A DNA stretch of 64,000 nt from Armatimonadota bacterium. Lineage in GTDB: Bacteria; Armatimonadota; SYMT01. The stretch spans positions 31,305-95,304 of the forward strand of contig JBKBRF010000001.1 of the NCBI GenBank assembly GCA_046292385.1, read 5' to 3'. This document shows, in pieces, positions 31,001-45,300 of the stretch. The first letter of the stretch is position 1. Each line of letters starts with the position of its first letter. The notes under the pieces were generated by a model. It ran no database searches. It was not told where the DNA came from and was given only the letters and a program-made list of their open reading frames with translations. The position numbers and the translations under genes were made by a program.

Positions 31001-34000
31001 AGGCGGCGTAGAGCTCCTCGACCGGCAGCTCGTCGGGACAGCTCTCCCGACGCGCCGCCGGGGACATGCTTGCCGGCGCTGCGGAGAGGGGCTCTACCAC
31101 GCCGGACGCGTGCAGCGTCCAGCTCTCCGCTTCCGGAGCGGCGCTGAAGATCTCAAACCGGCGGGGCTCGTCGCGGGAGAGGAGCACCTGGACGGTCCGC
31201 GGCTCCTCGATCTCGAGCAGCACCGAGAACGTCACGTCCCGCAGCTCTCCCGGGCCGCCCGCGGCGGCGAGCGCAAGCTCCAGGAACGCCGCGCCGGGCA
31301 GCACCGCTCGTCCCCCGACGCGGTGCTCCGTCAGCCAGCCCAGCTCCGGGCAGGGCAGCTCGTTTTCATACTGCTCTCCCGGCAGCGCCGACCGCAGCCG
31401 CACCCCAAGGAGCGGGTGAGAGGCCGGCCGGCGACGCGGCGCGGGCAGGTGCCGCCGGCGCTCGACCCAGTACGACTGGCGCTGAAACGGATAGGTGGGG
31501 AGCGGGGCCTTCCGCCACGAGCCGGCTTCGCCGAACACCGCCGGGTCGACTTCCCCGCCCCGCACGTAAGCCTCGCCCGCGTCCCGCAGCCGCGCTTCCC
31601 CGGCGCCCAGGCACTGACCCGGCTCTCCTCCTGAGGACCAGTCCCGCAGCCGCTCCCGCAGCTCCGCCGCCGTGGCGCCGACCACCGCCAGCCGCGCGTC
31701 GAAGTGGGTGCGCCCGCGGTAGGCGGTGCCGCACACGTCCGCCAGCCGCACCGCGCTCCCGTCCCGCTCCAACTCCGCGAGATACCGCTCGTACCGGCTC
31801 GCCAGTGCCCGCAGCCCCGCCGCGTCTTTCGCCGAGAGACAGAGCAGATGCCCCGCCGGTGACGATGCGTCCGGAACATTTGCCGGTTCCGGGGCGGCTT
31901 CGAGCAGGACGTGGGCGTTGGTGCCGCTGAAGCCGAAGGAGCTGACCCCCGCGAGCCAGCGCCCCTCCGACGCTTCCCACGCCTGGAGCTCCCGCGGGAT
32001 CTCCAGCGGCACGCCCCGGCGGTCGATATGCGGGTTCCACTCCCGGAAGTGGAGGTGAGGCGGCAGGCAGCGGTGCTGCAGCGCCAGCACCGTCTTGATC
32101 AGCCCCGCCACCCCGGCGGCGGCTTCCAGGTGGCCCAGGTTCGTCTTGACGGAGCCGACCCACAGCGGCGATTCGCGTCCGGCGAAGACCTCCGCCAGGG
32201 CGTGCAGCTCGATCGGGTCTCCCAGGGCGGTGCCGGTGCCGTGGGCTTCCAGGTAGGAGACCTGCTCCGGGGAGAGGCCGGCGCTGTGGAGAGCCTGGCG
32301 CAGGAGGGCGACCTGGGCGGGACCGTTGGGGGCGGTGAGGCCGCCGCTGCGGCCGTCGTGGTTGACGGCGGAGCCGCGGATCAGGGCGAGGACGCGGTCG
32401 CCGTCGCGCTCGGCGTCGGAGAGCCGCTTCAGCACCACCACCCCGCACCCTTCGCCGCGGATAAAGCCGTCCGCGGAGGCGTCGAACGCTTTACAGCGGC
32501 CGTCCGGCGAAAGCATCTGGAGGGCGGAGAGCGCGGCGGTGGAGCCGTGCGCCAGGATCAGGTTGACGCCGCCGGCGAGGGCGAGGTCGCACTCTCCCTG
32601 CCGGAGGCTCTGGAGGGCGAGGTGGGTAGCGACGAGGGATGAGGAGCAGGCGGTGTCGACCACCAGGCTCGGGCCCTGCAGCCCCAGCAAGTACGACAGC
32701 CGCCCCGCCACGATGCTCGGCGCGCTGCCGGTCCCGGCGTAGGTGCCGAGCTCCCCCGCTTCGGCAGCGATCCCCGCGTAGTCGTAGTTGCAGAGCCCCA
32801 CGAAGACTCCGGCCGGTGAGCCGGCGAGGGTGTCCGGCGGGATCGCGGCGTCTTCCAGCGCTTCCCACGCGACCTCCAGCAGCAGGCGCTGCTGGGGATC
32901 CATGCTCGCGGCCTCGCGGGGAGCGATGCCGAAGAAGCCGGGGTCGAACCGGTCGATCCCGTCGAGGAAGGCGCCGCGCCGGGTGGGGATGCGCTCGCGA
33001 TAGGGGTCCTCGCTCCAGCGGTCCGCCGGGAAGTCCCGGACCGCGTCTCGCCCTTCCAGCAGCAGCTCCCGGAAGCCGTCGATGCCCGGCTCGGCGCCCG
33101 GAAACCGGCAGCCGAGGCCGACGATGGCGATCGTGTCGGTGTCGATCGGCTGCGCGGCGTGTCCGCGCGGCCCCTCGGCCGCCGGGCTTCCGAGGCTGCC
33201 GGCGAGGAAGTCGGCCAGCGCTTCGGGCGTGGGATAGTCGAAGAGCAGCGTGGAGGGGAGGACGAGCTCTCCCAGGAGCCGCGTCTGCAGGCGGTTGCGC
33301 AGCTCCACGGCCATCAGCGAGTCGAGCCCCTGGTCGAAGAGCACCGCGTCCGGCCGCACCGCGCTCGCCTGGCTGAAGCCGAGCACCGCGGCGGCCTGGC
33401 TCCGCACCCACTGGAGGAGGGACGCACGATCGAGGTCGAGCGGCGCTGGTGGCACGACTGCAGGAGTCGCCGCCTGCGCGGCGGGCAGCGGGCGGTGGAC
33501 GGCGGCGAGCTCCGCCAGGGCGGAAGGGAGCGGCCCCCCGCCGAACTGGTTCAGGAAGGTAGGCCAGTGCACCGGCAGCACGCCGAGGTGCGCCCGGGAC
33601 TGACCCAGCGACCACCGGAGCGCGGCGATCCCCGCGTCCGGGGGGATCGGCTCCATGCCGCGGGTCGCGAACCGCGTCTCTCCGGCGCGCTCGGCCGCCG
33701 CGCCGATCTCGCTCCACGCGCCCCAACCCAGGCTGACCGCGCGGACCCCGTGCGCCCGGGCGTGTTGCGCCAGGGCATCCAGGAACGCGCTGGCGGCGAC
33801 GTGGTTGGCCTGGCCGAACGCGCCGACCAGCGAGACGGCGGAGGAGAAGAGCGCGAGGAAGTCGAGGTCGCTCGTGCCGCGGTAGAGATTCCACGCCCCG
33901 GCGACCTTCGGACGGAAGACCTCTTCGAAGCGAGTCCAGTCCTGCCGGTCCAGCATTCCGTCCGCAAGCACGCCGGCGGCGTGGACGACGCCCCGGATCG

Positions 34001-37000
34001 GCGGCAGCGTGGCAGCCGCCTCCTTCAGGACCCGGTCGACTTCGCCGGCTCGCGAGAGGTCGCAGGCGCGGTAGTGGACCTGCGCGCCGCTCCGCGCCAG
34101 GGCGTCCAGGGCGCGGAGGCGATCGTCGGTGAGCTCGCTCCGGCCGAGCAGGAGCAGGTGGCGGGCGCCCGCATCGACCAGCCACTGCGCGGTCCGCAGC
34201 CCGAGCCCGCCGAGGCCGCCGGCGATCAGGTAGGTGGCGTCGGCACGGATCGCCAGCGGCGCCTCCGGTTCGGGGTCCACCCGCGCCAGGCGGGGCACCC
34301 GGCGAGCCCCACCGCGATACGCCACCCGCTCCTCGCCGTCCTCCGCCTCCAGCTCGTCCACGATCTGTCGAGCCGCTTCTCCGGGCGGTACGGCAGGGTC
34401 GAGGTCAAGGCACATGCACCGCAGCTCCGGCCTTTCGAGCCGGATCGCCTGCCCAAGGCCGGTGGTGGTCGCCTGCAGTGGCTCCGCCTCGGTCGCCCCG
34501 CGCGTGACGAGCAGCAGCCGCGGCGTGGTGTCGCCGAGCGCCTGCAGCATCCGCAGGACCGATCCGCAGGTGTGCTCCTGGCTCTCCAGCACCGCATCCG
34601 GCTTCGAGTCGAGGCTCCAGAGGTGCACGACCTGCCCGATCGGCGCCTCCGCCGTAGAGCGCAGCGCCTCCTCGATCGCGGCACCGCTGTCTCCGCGCCG
34701 GACGACCCGGCAGCGCCCGCCCCGGCGGGAGATCTCCTCGGCCAGCGCTTCCCCATAGCCGCGCTCATCGGCGAAGACGGCGCAGACTCCGTCCCGATCG
34801 GCGGCACCCGGGCGCGCTACGACCACCGCCTGCCGGGTCGCCTCCTCCACCGGGGCGAGTGAAGCGGCGGCGCTCCAGCCGCGCTCGCGCAGCAGCCGCA
34901 GCCACCCCTCGGAGGTGAGGAGGGGATAGGACGGACGCCGGTGCGTGTCGGTGAAGCACCACCAGCCGTCGGTGAGCCCGAACACGACGTCGATCCACCC
35001 CTGCGGCCCCGACCCCTCCAGCAGGACGAGGCTCCCGCCCGGCGCGAGGAGCCGCTCCAGATGGGAAAGCGTGACCTCGAGGTCGGGCGTGGCGTGCAGC
35101 ACGTTCGCGGCGAGGATCAGATCGAAGGAGCGCGCGGTGAACCCCTGCGGCCCCGGATCTTCGGTGACGTCGAGGCGCTCGAAGCGCATGAAAGTGCGGC
35201 CGGAAAACCGCTCCCGCGCTTGCGCCAGGAGCTGCGGGGAAAGGTCGGTGAACCAGTACTCCACCCCCTCCGCGGGCAGCGCCGGAAGCACCGCCGCGGT
35301 GGTGCCGCCCGTCCCCGCGCCTACCTCCAGGATCCGCACCGGGCGACCCGTGGGGAGCGCGGCCTGGACCGCCTGGGCCGCGAGCCGGCTCATCGCGTCG
35401 TACACTCGCGAGTCGTGGTAGAGGCGCTCGGCGCGCCCGCCCTCGAACAGCAGCGCCAGCGGATCGCGCTCGCCGGTCAGCACCTCGGCCAGCTGGGAGC
35501 CGCAGTGAGCCAGCAGATCGAGCGCCGCGTCACCGTCCCGTCCTTTCGTCCGGAGCTGCTCGGCCAGGACTTCTGCCCTCTCTTCCGGGGCGGTGAGCGC
35601 CAGGCTCCACAGATGAGCGTAGAGCCGAAGGTGCCGCGGCGCGACACTCTCCTCCCGGACCGCTTGCAGCGCCTCGCGGGCGTACGCTGCCGCCAACCGG
35701 TCCAGCTCCCGTCCTCGCTCACGCTCGGCGCCATCCAGCACGTCGGAGGACAGCGATAACCCCGCGGCGATCTGCTCCGGGGAGGGGGCGCGCTCCAGGG
35801 GTCGCGACCGCCACGCGGTCTCGTAGAGCCAGCTCCCCCACGACGGGACCGCCAGCGCAGCCTTCTCCAGTCGCAGTCCCCGGATTTCCGCCGCGAGGCG
35901 CTCTCCCGCGAAGACGCGGATGTCGGCGGTGGTCCGGTTCGCTTCCCGCACGACGACGGCGTGGACCGAGACCGGACCGTCCGACCGGGGGTCGATCACG
36001 TGGAAGGAGGCGATACCGGCCGGAAGCTGCCGGGCGCCGGGGTCTCCACCCCACGCGGCGGCCCCGGCCGCCTGAAGGCAGGCATCCAGGGTCGGCGGGT
36101 CGAGGAGATCGGTGCCCGCGGCGCCGGGGGCGAGGCGTACGACCGCCTCATTCTCACCGACCCAGATCCGCTCGGCTCGCCGGAACGCGGGCCCGTACTC
36201 CAGGCCAGCCTTTCCAAGCCAGTCGTAAAAGTCGCCGGCCGTCCGTTCCTCCGTACAGCGCGCCCGCGCCTCCGCCAGGGAAGCCGGTTCCGGAGACGCG
36301 GGGGCGAGGCAGAGCCGCCCGGCCGCATGCTCCGTCCACCGGTCGCCGTCCCGGCTGCAGAGCGAGAAGCGGGTGCCCGTCCCACGCGTGACCGTGAGCC
36401 GCACGGCGCGGGCCGCATCGAGGACGAGCGGCTGCCGAAGCTCGACTTCTTCTACGACGACTGCGCCGCCCAGAACCTGCTCTCCGCCGGCCCGCGCCGC
36501 GAGGAGCATGCCGGCGGCTGGGAAGAGCACCGTGCCGTTGACGCAGTGGTCCGCAAGGTATCCCGGCGCTTCCGGCGAGAGGGTCGTCTCCCACACCGCC
36601 TCGGCCTCTTCCGAGGAGACCTTGATGCCGAGAAGGGGGTGCGGTCCGGAAGCCGCCGCTGGTGGTGCGGGGCGCGCCGTTTCCCACCAGTGTCGCTCCC
36701 GGGCGAACGGGTAGGTGGGCAGGCTGACGGTGCGGAGCCCTAGCCCGCGGTCGAAGCCGCGCCAGTCCAACGGTACCCCGGCCGTGTAGAGCCGCGCGGC
36801 CGTGTCGAGAAGCATCGCCCAATCGTCCGTGCCGCGCCGCAGTGACGGAAGCCACTCGGCGCCGTCGAGGCACCGCGCCCCGAGCCCGCCCAGGACCGGA
36901 TGGGGGCCGATCTCCAGGAACAGCCGGTAGCCCTGCGCGGCCAGGGTCCGGAGACCGTCCGCGAAGCGGACCCGAGCGCGGGCGTGGCGGCTCCAGTAGG

Positions 37001-39365
37001 CTGCGTCGAAAGTCCGCTGCGGCCGGCCCGTCAGGTTGGAGATCACGTCGATACGCGCTTCCGCACACGGGATCGTCCCCGCGAGAGCTTCGAGCTCCGG
37101 CAGCATCGGGTCGAGCCGGTGGGAGTGGAATGCATGGGAGACCGGCAGGAGCTGACCGGCGATGCCCCGCGCGCGCAGCGCCGCCACCGCGGCCTCGATC
37201 GCACCGGCATCCCCCGAGAGGACGGTCTGCGCGGGCCCGTTCTCCGCCGCCACCTCGACCCCGCGGGGCAACCCGCCCAGTGCCGCCCGCACGCCGTCCG
37301 AGGTCGCCGCTGCGGCGGCCATCGCCCCTCCGGGCGGCAGCGCCTGCATCAACCGCCCCCGCCCGGCCATGAGCCGCAGGCCATCCTCCAGGGAGAACGC
37401 GCCGGCCACGCACGCGGCGGCGTACTCGCCGACGCTGTGCCCCAGCACCGCGCCCGGCTCCACTCCCCACGACTTCCAGAGATCCGCCAGCGCCATCTCA
37501 AGCGCGAAGAGCGCGGGCTGCGTGTTCCCGGTCCGGTCGAGCGGCGCCTCCGGATCGAAGAGCAGCGAGAGCAGCGGCTGTTCCGTCTGGCCCCGCAGCA
37601 GGGCGTCGCAGCGGTCCAGGTAGTCCCGGAAGCGGGGCTGTGTCTCGTAGAGCCGCCGGCCCATCGCCCGGTACTGGGAGCCCTGGCCGGTGAAGAGGAA
37701 GGCGATCCGCGGTGGGCGCGGCGCGCTGCGGCCCTTCCGCACGCCCGGAGACGCACCGCCGGACCGGAATGCCTTGAGGGCACCCGCGGCCTGCTCCGCC
37801 GTCTCGGCCACGACGGCGAGCCGCTCCGGAAAGTGTGAGCGGCCCAGGGCAACAGTATGACTGACGTGCTCGAGAGGCAGGTCCGTTTCGGTGAGAAACG
37901 ACTCGTACTGGTCCGCGGCCTGCTCCAGCGCCTCCGGGCTCTTCGCGGAGAGGCAGAGGAGGTGCGCGGGACGCTGCCAGGTCGCCTGTTCCGGGGACGG
38001 CTCCGGGGCCTGCTCCAGGACCACGTGGGCGTTGGTGCCGCCAAAGCCGAACGCGCTCACCCCCGCGACCCGGGAGCCTTCCCGCGGCTCCCACGCCAGC
38101 CCCTCTGTCGGGATCCGAAGCGGGAAGCCGCCGAGCTGGACGTGCGGATTGAGGGAGTGGAAGTGGAGGTGCGGCGGAATTTCGCGCTGCTGGAGGGAGA
38201 GGACAACCTTGATGAGACCCGCGATGCCCGCGGCGGCTTCCAGGTGCCCGAGGTTCGTCTTGGCCGAGCCGACGGTCAGCGGGTCCCCACCCGTGCGCGG
38301 GGAGAAGACCTCGGCCAGCGCGTGCGCCTCGATCGGGTCGCCCAACGCCGTACCGGTGCCATGCGACTCCAGGTAGCTCACGCGGGACGGCTCCAGCCGG
38401 GCGTTCTCCAGCGCCGCCCGGATTACCGCCGCCTGGGCCGGGCCGTTCGGAGCGGTCAGGCCGCTGCTGCGACCATCGTGGTTGACCGCGCTCCCGCGGA
38501 TGACCGCCAGGACCGGGCTGCCGTCCGCCAGCGCGTCGGAGAGCCGCTTCAGGGCGACCATTCCGCAGCCCTCCCCGCGCACGAAGCCATCCGCGCCGGC
38601 GTCGAAGGCGCGGCAGCGCCCGGAGGGGGAGAGCGCCTGCAACTGGGAAAGGGTGACCGTGCCGGAGGGCAGCAGGATCAGGTTCACACCGCCGGCGAGC
38701 GCCAGGCGGCACTCTCCCAGCCGGAGACTCTGGACCGCCAGGTGGACGGCGACCAGGGAGGAAGAGCAGGCGGTATCGACCACCAGGCTCGGGCCCTGTA
38801 CCCCCAGCACGTACGAGAGACGGCCCGCCGCGAGCCCGGGGGCAACCCCCGTGGCGGAGTAGGGGTTCCCGGACCGCTCACCGAGGAAGGCGCCCAGCTC
38901 GCTGTAGTCGTGAGAGCAGCAGCCGAGGAACACGCCGGCCGGGGTTCCGGCCAGCCCGGCAGCCGGCTCGCCCGCGCGCTCCAGCGCCTCCCACGCGGTC
39001 TCCAGGACCAGCCGCTGCTGCGGGTCCATGCTGACCGCTTCCCGCGGGGCGATCCCGAAGAACGCGGCGTCGAACCGGTCTACTTCGTCCAGGAAGGCTC
39101 CCCGCAGCAGCTCCGGCGTTACCTCGGCGTCGGTCCAGCCTCCCTCGCGCCGGCGATGGGGCGGGATCTCGCCCACCGCGTCGACTCCGCCCCGCAGCAG
39201 CTCCCAGTAGCGGTCCGGATCGGTCGCCCCGCCGGGGAAGCGGCAGCCGATTCCGATGACGGCAATCGGCTCGTGGCGCACGCGGGCCGCCGCGTCCAGC
39301 TTTTGCTGCATCTGCTGGAGCAGGAGAACGGCGTCACGCTTCGCCGCCAGCGGGTCGTGTGCCAT
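28005..39365 (-). CDS. Bimodular PKS: KS-AT(malonyl)-DH-cMT-KR-ACP / KS-[no AT]-DH-ER-KR-ACP
   Basis: Two DTACSSS KS; GHSVG and HAFHS only in module 1; [12 protein letters not shown] in module 2; two GLDSL ACPs. ATG 39365 (MAHDPL) lies 4 nt after the upstream stop. Confidence 0.95.
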   Translation of the reverse strand: MAHDPLAAKRDAVLLLQQMQQKLDAAARVRHEPIAVIGIGCRFPGGATDPDRYWELLRGGVDAVGEIPPHRRREGGWTDAEVTPELLRGAFLDEVDRFDAAFFGIAPREAVSMDPQQRLVLETAWEALERAGEPAAGLAGTPAGVFLGCCSHDYSELGAFLGERSGNPYSATGVAPGLAAGRLSYVLGVQGPSLVVDTACSSSLVAVHLAVQSLRLGECRLALAGGVNLILLPSGTVTLSQLQALSPSGRCRAFDAGADGFVRGEGCGMVALKRLSDALADGSPVLAVIRGSAVNHDGRSSGLTAPNGPAQAAVIRAALENARLEPSRVSYLESHGTGTALGDPIEAHALAEVFSPRTGGDPLTVGSAKTNLGHLEAAAGIAGLIKVVLSLQQREIPPHLHFHSLNPHVQLGGFPLRIPTEGLAWEPREGSRVAGVSAFGFGGTNAHVVLEQAPEPSPEQATWQRPAHLLCLSAKSPEALEQAADQYESFLTETDLPLEHVSHTVALGRSHFPERLAVVAETAEQAAGALKAFRSGGASPGVRKGRSAPRPPRIAFLFTGQGSQYRAMGRRLYETQPRFRDYLDRCDALLRGQTEQPLLSLLFDPEAPLDRTGNTQPALFALEMALADLWKSWGVEPGAVLGHSVGEYAAACVAGAFSLEDGLRLMAGRGRLMQALPPGGAMAAAAATSDGVRAALGGLPRGVEVAAENGPAQTVLSGDAGAIEAAVAALRARGIAGQLLPVSHAFHSHRLDPMLPELEALAGTIPCAEARIDVISNLTGRPQRTFDAAYWSRHARARVRFADGLRTLAAQGYRLFLEIGPHPVLGGLGARCLDGAEWLPSLRRGTDDWAMLLDTAARLYTAGVPLDWRGFDRGLGLRTVSLPTYPFARERHWWETARPAPPAAASGPHPLLGIKVSSEEAEAVWETTLSPEAPGYLADHCVNGTVLFPAAGMLLAARAGGEQVLGGAVVVEEVELRQPLVLDAARAVRLTVTRGTGTRFSLCSRDGDRWTEHAAGRLCLAPASPEPASLAEARARCTEERTAGDFYDWLGKAGLEYGPAFRRAERIWVGENEAVVRLAPGAAGTDLLDPPTLDACLQAAGAAAWGGDPGARQLPAGIASFHVIDPRSDGPVSVHAVVVREANRTTADIRVFAGERLAAEIRGLRLEKAALAVPSWGSWLYETAWRSRPLERAPSPEQIAAGLSLSSDVLDGAERERGRELDRLAAAYAREALQAVREESVAPRHLRLYAHLWSLALTAPEERAEVLAEQLRTKGRDGDAALDLLAHCGSQLAEVLTGERDPLALLFEGGRAERLYHDSRVYDAMSRLAAQAVQAALPTGRPVRILEVGAGTGGTTAAVLPALPAEGVEYWFTDLSPQLLAQARERFSGRTFMRFERLDVTEDPGPQGFTARSFDLILAANVLHATPDLEVTLSHLERLLAPGGSLVLLEGSGPQGWIDVVFGLTDGWWCFTDTHRRPSYPLLTSEGWLRLLRERGWSAAASLAPVEEATRQAVVVARPGAADRDGVCAVFADERGYGEALAEEISRRGGRCRVVRRGDSGAAIEEALRSTAEAPIGQVVHLWSLDSKPDAVLESQEHTCGSVLRMLQALGDTTPRLLLVTRGATEAEPLQATTTGLGQAIRLERPELRCMCLDLDPAVPPGEAARQIVDELEAEDGEERVAYRGGARRVPRLARVDPEPEAPLAIRADATYLIAGGLGGLGLRTAQWLVDAGARHLLLLGRSELTDDRLRALDALARSGAQVHYRACDLSRAGEVDRVLKEAAATLPPIRGVVHAAGVLADGMLDRQDWTRFEEVFRPKVAGAWNLYRGTSDLDFLALFSSAVSLVGAFGQANHVAASAFLDALAQHARAHGVRAVSLGWGAWSEIGAAAERAGETRFATRGMEPIPPDAGIAALRWSLGQSRAHLGVLPVHWPTFLNQFGGGPLPSALAELAAVHRPLPAAQAATPAVVPPAPLDLDRASLLQWVRSQAAAVLGFSQASAVRPDAVLFDQGLDSLMAVELRNRLQTRLLGELVLPSTLLFDYPTPEALADFLAGSLGSPAAEGPRGHAAQPIDTDTIAIVGLGCRFPGAEPGIDGFRELLLEGRDAVRDFPADRWSEDPYRERIPTRRGAFLDGIDRFDPGFFGIAPREAASMDPQQRLLLEVAWEALEDAAIPPDTLAGSPAGVFVGLCNYDYAGIAAEAGELGTYAGTGSAPSIVAGRLSYLLGLQGPSLVVDTACSSSLVATHLALQSLRQGECDLALAGGVNLILAHGSTAALSALQMLSPDGRCKAFDASADGFIRGEGCGVVVLKRLSDAERDGDRVLALIRGSAVNHDGRSGGLTAPNGPAQVALLRQALHSAGLSPEQVSYLEAHGTGTALGDPIELHALAEVFAGRESPLWVGSVKTNLGHLEAAAGVAGLIKTVLALQHRCLPPHLHFREWNPHIDRRGVPLEIPRELQAWEASEGRWLAGVSSFGFSGTNAHVLLEAAPEPANVPDASSPAGHLLCLSAKDAAGLRALASRYERYLAELERDGSAVRLADVCGTAYRGRTHFDARLAVVGATAAELRERLRDWSSGGEPGQCLGAGEARLRDAGEAYVRGGEVDPAVFGEAGSWRKAPLPTYPFQRQSYWVERRRHLPAPRRRPASHPLLGVRLRSALPGEQYENELPCPELGWLTEHRVGGRAVLPGAAFLELALAAAGGPGELRDVTFSVLLEIEEPRTVQVLLSRDEPRRFEIFSAAPEAESWTLHASGVVEPLSAAPASMSPAARRESCPDELPVEELYAAFARQGFEYGPSFRTLTELRRGEDEALARVVLPESLDPSGYHLHPALLDGCLQAVGAALWGRESEGDYLPAGIDRARLFRSAGREVWCRVRLREAGAITADLELFGSAGEAVAAIEGLRLLPVRTRQQPATLHDMVWEPAPMEDTGAPVEVGAWLVLPDRGGLGARIIEALRTRGTEARVLREDEELASASSDGILYLRGLDEGEPEALCADLLRSVQALLRWKTPPRLVVVTRGARPVGSGDLPGLRQAPLWGIGSVIALEHPELGCRRIDLDAADPGIEDLVAELSRSAPEVALRGGSRYLPRLAPRTADAAGAGSLPDGPAALRIARRGTLSGLEWVPEPRRELAADEVEIRVHATGLNFRDVMNVLGAYPGNAGEPGIECAGVIMRVGRGVLGLAPGQPVVAVTPRSFATYAVASAELVAPLPDGLSFAEAASTPVAFLTARYALRHFAGLRPGQRVLIHAAAGGVGLAAVRMAQQVGAEVFATAGSPEKREYLRGLGVAYVGDSRSLEFATEIRSITGDGVDVVLNCLSGEAIRHGFDVLRPGGCFLEIGKAGIWDDTQAAAYRADVRFHTVALDAQILSDPATVGEWLRTLTREIASGQLQPLPSRSFPLEDAESAFRFMEQARHIGKIVLVQTAFRPEAEYLITGGLGALGLETARWMVRKGARHLTLVGRSAPSAAARQVLEELNEAGAKVQVARADVSLPGDVDRVLSSLRQPLAGIVHAAGVLDDGILVQQTPSRLASVMAPKVRGAWNLHRATLGRSLDFFVMYSSLASVVGSAGQAPYSAANAYLDALAWHRRTLGLPALSINWPAWAGSGMAGRAAVDHAALEVGEGLALLDRLLREPAPQVCVVPGGRSASAPDPQKQSSLADQLAGMTEGERSGRVREEVRKIVSRVLGLGDLPLDPRRSFHDLGLDSLMALEVRNALQEAMGHALPAGLLFDYPTLESLAQFVAEALAPASAPEAPAPVVESDSLRGDTLLSELEEELRRGGY

Positions 39366-39369
39366 CTCC

Positions 39370-42300
39370 CTACTGCTCCTGAATCCGCCGGGCGAACTGC
39401 TCGAGGAGGGAGTCGAGCTCATCCTCGGAGAGGTTATGGACCGGCGCCGCCTCCGCGGCCGGCTCGTGCGGCTGCGGACCCGCGTCCTGCGGCACCGCGA
39501 TCCCGAGCCAGTCCGCCGCCAGGTGGCGCGCCAGCGCCTCGACCGTCGGGTAGCTGAACAGGATTGTCGCCGGAAGGGGTGCGCCGACCATCTCGCCCAG
39601 GCGGTCCCGCATGTCGAGCGCCAGCAGCGAGTCGAGCCCCAGCTCATTCAGCGGCCGCGCGGGGTCCAGGGTCTCGCCGGACGGGAGGCGCAGCATCTGC
39701 GCCGCCACCTCGGCCACTGCTTCGAACAGGAGCTCGAGGCGGCGGTCCGCCGGCGTGGCTTCGAGCCGGACACGGAAACCGGCCGGAGGCGCCGGCGCGG
39801 AGCTTCGAGTAGGGAGCTCGTCCGGCTGACTCTCCGCGGTTTCCGGTCCGGAGAGCAGCTCGGAGAGCAGAGACGGAAGGCCTCCGCCTGCGTGGGCCTG
39901 CGCCAGGCGGGGGAGGTCGAGGGGCAGTACGGCCGCGCGGGTGCGGTCCCGCCGCAGCAGCAGCTCCAGCGCCCGGACTCCGCGCTCGGGCGAGATCGTC
40001 CCCATCCCCTGCTCCCGAAGGGCCGACTCCAGGGCCGCGGCGGCGCCGACCTGGCTCCACGCTCCCCAGTCGATACACACGGCGCGGAGGCCCTGCGACC
40101 GGCGATATTCCGCCAGGGAGTCCAGGAAGGCGCTCGCGGCGGCGTGGTTCGCTTGGCCGCGCGATCCGAGGAGCCCGGCCGCGGAGGAGAAGAGCACGAA
40201 CAGGTCCACGTCTCCCATCAGCTCGTGCAGGTGCCACGCGCCCGCCGCCTTGGGTCCCCATACCGCGTCGAACCGCTCCACCGATTGCTGGGGGAGCAGG
40301 GCATCCGCCAGTACCCCGGCGGCGTGGAACACTCCGCGCAGCGGCGGCATCTCGGAGCGGATCTTCCGGAGCAGCGCCTCGACCTGCGCGCGGTCGGAGA
40401 CGTCCGCCTGGAGGCACTCCACCCGCGCCCCGGCCGCGGTCAGCTCCGCCATCACGGAACGGGCGGCTTCTCCCGGAAGGCTTCGCCCCGCCAGCGCCAG
40501 GTGGCGCGCCCCGAGACGGACCAGGTGCCGGGCGACCTCCAGCCCCAGGCCTCCCATCCCGCCGGTGATCAGGTAGGTCGACTCCGGGCAGACTCCGGTC
40601 CGCTGGCTGACCACCACCTTGCCGACATGGTCCGGCTCCTGCATCCGCCGGAACGGCGCCGGGACCTCCGGAAGCGGGTAGCAGCGCACCGGCGGCGGAC
40701 TCAGCTCACCGCTCTCCAGCGCGGCCGCGACCTCCCGGAGCAGGCTGCCGAACAGCTCCGGGCTCGCCTCATCCAGGCGGACCTCGAAGCGCTCCACGTC
40801 CGGCCGGACCGCCCGCACCTGCTCCGCCGTCCACGCTCCGACCCGCCCCAGCTCGATGAAGCGTCCGCCCCGCTTCAGCGCGTCCAGCGCCTCCGGGACG
40901 AGCTCGCCGGGAAGGGAGCTCAGGACCACGTCCACTCCCTCGCCTCCCGTCGCGTCGAGGATGCGGCGAGCGAACCCCGGGGTGCGGGAGTGGAACACGT
41001 GCGGGACTTCCAGCGAGCGGAGATAGGCCCGCTTCTCCGGACTGCCCGCCAGTGCGAATACCTCGGCGCCCCGGCTGCGCGCGATCTGGATCGCCGCCAG
41101 CCCCACGCCCCCGGACGCCGCGGAGATCAACACGCGCTCTCCCGGGGCGAGCCGAGCGAGGTGAGCCAGGGAGTACCAGGCGGTGACGGAGGCGATCGGA
41201 ATCGACGCCGCCTGCTCGGCACTGAGGAACGCCGGCTTCGGGACCGCCAGCGCGGCGGGGAGCGTGACGCAGCTGGCGAAGCTGCCTCCGGCGGCCGCCA
41301 TCACGGGGTCGCCGGGCCGGAGCTGCGTGACCCCGGGGCCGACCCGTTCCACGGTGCCGGCGCACTCTCCGCCCAACGGGGCTTCGCCGGGCACGAGGTC
41401 GAGGGCGTTCAGCACGTCTTTGAAGTTCAGGCCCGTCGCCGCCACGCGAATCTCGATCTCTCCTGGACCCGGCGCGCGGCGCTCTTCGGGTTGAAAGGTC
41501 AGCCCGCGCAGGGAGCCGCCGGGCGACTTCCGGAGCCGGAACGGCTCGGCGGGAACCTCTACGGCATCCGCTCGCGGCAGCGCCTGCAGGCGTGCCGCAT
41601 GACGGCACCCGTCGCGCCAGGCCGTGCGTGCTTCGGACCCGGTGTCCCGCAGCTCCGCCTGGAGCGCACGGGCATTCTGCTCGGGGGTCGCGCACGGGTC
41701 CAGGTCCACGATCCGGCAGCGCAGCTCCGGGAGCTCGAGCTGCAGGACCGGTGCGATTCCCCAGAGGGCCGACTGCGAGAGTGCGGGCACGTCGGTGGCG
41801 CGGACGCGCTGCGCGCCGCAGGTGACGATCAGCAGACGCGGAGCATTCTGCCGGCTCGCCGCGTGCCGGATGGCGTGCAGCAGGCTCTCGACCGCCCGCG
41901 CGCCGCCGCCTAACTGCTCCCCGGCGCCATCTGCTCCCCGACGCTCATCCAGCGCCGCGAGGTGCAGCACGCCGTCCCACTCCCCGTCCGGCAGCGGGTC
42001 GTCGGGGTCCACCTCCGACAGCGCCTCGACCGAATCCGGCAGCCGGGCCAGCAGCGCGTCCGTCCTACTCTCCGGGCGTGCGCTCACAACCCAGCGTCCG
42101 CTCCCAGCCGCTTCGGGGGCCCGGGCCAGGAACAGCATCTGCTGCGCCTCGCCGCGGTCCGGCGCGACGCCGGTCACGCTCCGGAAGCCGGCCTCCTCCA
42201 GCAGTGAGACCCAGCGCTCGCACGGCACGAGGGGGTGGGACCGGAGATCGGTATCCTCGAAGCTCCACCAGCCCTTCGTGAGCCCGAAGACCAGGTCAAT

Positions 42301-45300
42301 CCAGCGGACCTTGCCGGCTCCTTCGATCACCGCCAGCATCCCCCCGGGGGCGAGCAGCGTGCGGAGGCGCGCCAGCGTGCGGCGCAGGTCCCCCGTGGCG
42401 TGGAGGACGTTGGTCGCCAGGATCAGGTGGTACCCGCCGGTGGAGTAGCCCTGCGCCTGCGGGTCGAGGTTCAGGTCGAGCACCCCGGTGCGGAGCTCCG
42501 GGTAGGCGGAGAACGCCTCTTCCGCCGCGTGGAGGAAGTGCGGCGAGAGGTCGGTAAAGCAGTATTCCTCCAGCCGCCCGCTCAGCAGCGGCAGCGCGAC
42601 GGCGGCGGTCGCTCCGGTCCCGGCGCCCACCTCCAGCACCCGCAGGCGGGGCGCATTCGGGAGATCGCCGACCATCGCTTCCAGCGCACCGCCGAGTAAG
42701 GCGTGGAGGGCGCGAGCGAACGGGGTCTCGCGGTAGATCACCTCCGCGCCCGGCTCGCCGGAGAAGAGGAGACTCACCGGGTCGACCTCTCCGATCAGGA
42801 CGCGCGAGAGAGACTCCCCGCAGCGGGCGAACAGGGCGATCTCCGCGGCGCGGACGGGGTACGCCGCCATCAGCTCCCGGACCCGGGAGGGAAGGTCCCC
42901 GGGTGCCGGGGTGCGCACGACCCGCCAGTCCGGCGCGCTCCCCGCGACGACTCCGGTCTCGGAGAGCATCTCGCACAGGCGCTCCAGCAGCCGGTCGTAA
43001 GGCCGCGCCGCCACCGGCAGCCGCAGCGGCTCGCCGGGCTCGAACCGGACCCCCAGCTCGTACAGGGCAGCCGCGGCATAGTGCGGCGCCAGCTCGTCCA
43101 GCGCCGCGGTGAGCTCGCGGTAGTCCTGCAGCTCGGGATCGCCGGAGAGGCGGTCGAGCTCGCCCGCGAGTGCCGCTCCCACGTGGGCGGGATCCTCGAA
43201 GACCGGAGCGCCGGCATTAGGAGCCGGGCGCCACACCAGCTCGTAGAGATCCCGCTCGATCGACGCGTCCCGGTGGAGGGACTCGGGTCGAGCCCGCTTG
43301 CACTGGAGGTTCGTGACCGTAACGACCGCGCGGCCGGCGGCGTCCAGCAGCACCAGGTCTCCCGCCGCGGTCTCACCATCCGGCAGGGCTCGCGCCGCGG
43401 CATGCGCCCGGCACGGAGGTCCCGCTTCCGGGTTGAAGTTGAGCCTCTCCAGGGCGAACGGCATGAAGCTCTCGGCCGGCTCGCCCGCACCGAGCGCGGC
43501 ACCGAGGGTCTGGAAACAGGCGTCGAGCAGCACGGGATGGAGCCGGTACGCCCCGGCGCCGGCACGGGCCTCCTCCGGCAGCTCCAGCTCCGCCAGCGCC
43601 TCGCCCGGGCCGCAGCGCAGGCTCCGGATCGCCCGAAAGACGGGGCCGTACCCGATGCCGGCGCCGTCCAGGTGCGCGTAATACTCTTCCGCGGGGACGG
43701 AAACCGCGCAGCGCTCCTCCGCGGACGGCAGATCTACCGTCGCCGTCGCCGTCGCCGCGCTCTCGAGACGGCCGGAGGCGTGCTCGACCCACGCCTCTCC
43801 CTGCTCGCTGAAGATGCGGAAGGCCCCGTCCGGCTCCACGACCGTCTGCACCGCACGCTCGTCACCGTCCGGCAGGAGCAGTGCTTCGCGGAAGGTCACG
43901 TCCCGGACGGCGGCACTCCCGATCGCCAGCGCCATCTCCAGGTAGCCGGCCGCCGGGAACACGACGGCTCCATGCACGCGGTGCTGTGAGAGGTACGACG
44001 GAGCGTCCCCTCCCACCACCGCCTCGAACACCCGGGGCCCGGCGGCGGTGCGGACGCGCGTGCCGAGCAGCGGGTGGCCGCTCGCGGGAGCCGGGGCGGC
44101 TTTCCGGGGCGGGTCGATCCAGTATCGCTCTCGCTCGAACGGGTAGGTCGGCAGAGTGACCTTGCGACGCGCGTGCTCCCGGTCGTACGCCCCCCAATCC
44201 AGCGTCTCGCCCTGCACCCACCGGCGGCCCCAGCCGTGCAGCAGCGCTTCCCAGGTGGTCTGGCCCCGCCGGACTGCCTCGCTCCACTCCTCCGGGGGCA
44301 GATCGATCGCGGTGGCGGCCGTCTGCGGCTCCGCCGCCGCTTCCCCACGGCCCACCGCCAGCAGGCGCTCGCGGGCCTGCCCCGCATCCGCCGCCACCAC
44401 GAACGCCCGGCAGGCGAGCGGAGCGCGGCCGGTGTGGACCGTGTAGGCCGCGTCCGCGAGCGATACGGCCTCCTGGAAGTGGTCCGCGCAGCGCCGCGCC
44501 AGCTGGCGGAGCGCCGTTTCGCTGCGGGCGGAGAAGCAGAAGAGATGGAGCGGTCGCTCCGGGGCGCCGGACTGCGACTCCGGGGAAGCGGCAGGCGCCT
44601 GCTCCAGCACGACGTGTGCGTTGGTGCCGCCGATGCCGAAGGAGCTGACGCCGGCGCGGCGGAGCCCGGTCCACGGCCGGGCACTCGTGTTGACGCGGAA
44701 CGGTCCCGCCTCGAAGTCGATCTCCGGGTTCGGCGTCTCGAAGTGGAGGCTGGGCGGCAGCACTCCCTGCTCCATCGCCAGGACCGTCTTGATGAGACCC
44801 GCGACGCCCGCCGCCGCTTCCAGGTGGCCGACGCTGCTCTTGACGCTTCCCAGCGCCACCGGGCTCCGCACGCCGCGGAAGACCTCGTTCAGCGCGGCGA
44901 CCTCGATCGGGTCTCCCAGCGGCGTGCCGGTTCCGTGCGCTTCCACGTAGGAGATGCTCTCCGGAGAGATGTCCGCTACCGCGATCGCCTCCGCAATGAC
45001 GGCGGCCTGGCCGTCGAGGCTGGGAGCGGTGAAGCCGACCTTCCGCGCGCCGTCGTTGTTGATTGCCGAGCCGAGGATCACGGCGCGCACCCGATCCCGG
45101 TCTCGAGCGGCATCTTCGAGGCGCCGCAGCACCACGACTCCGGCGCCGCTGCCGAAAACGGTTCCGGAGGCGCGGGCGTCGAAGCTGCGGCACCTGCCGT
45201 CCCGCGAGAGGATGCTGCCGTCCTGCCAGAGGTAGCCGACCCGCGAAGGCACCCGGAGCGTGACGCCTCCCGCGAGGGCCACGTCGCACTCGCCGTTCAG

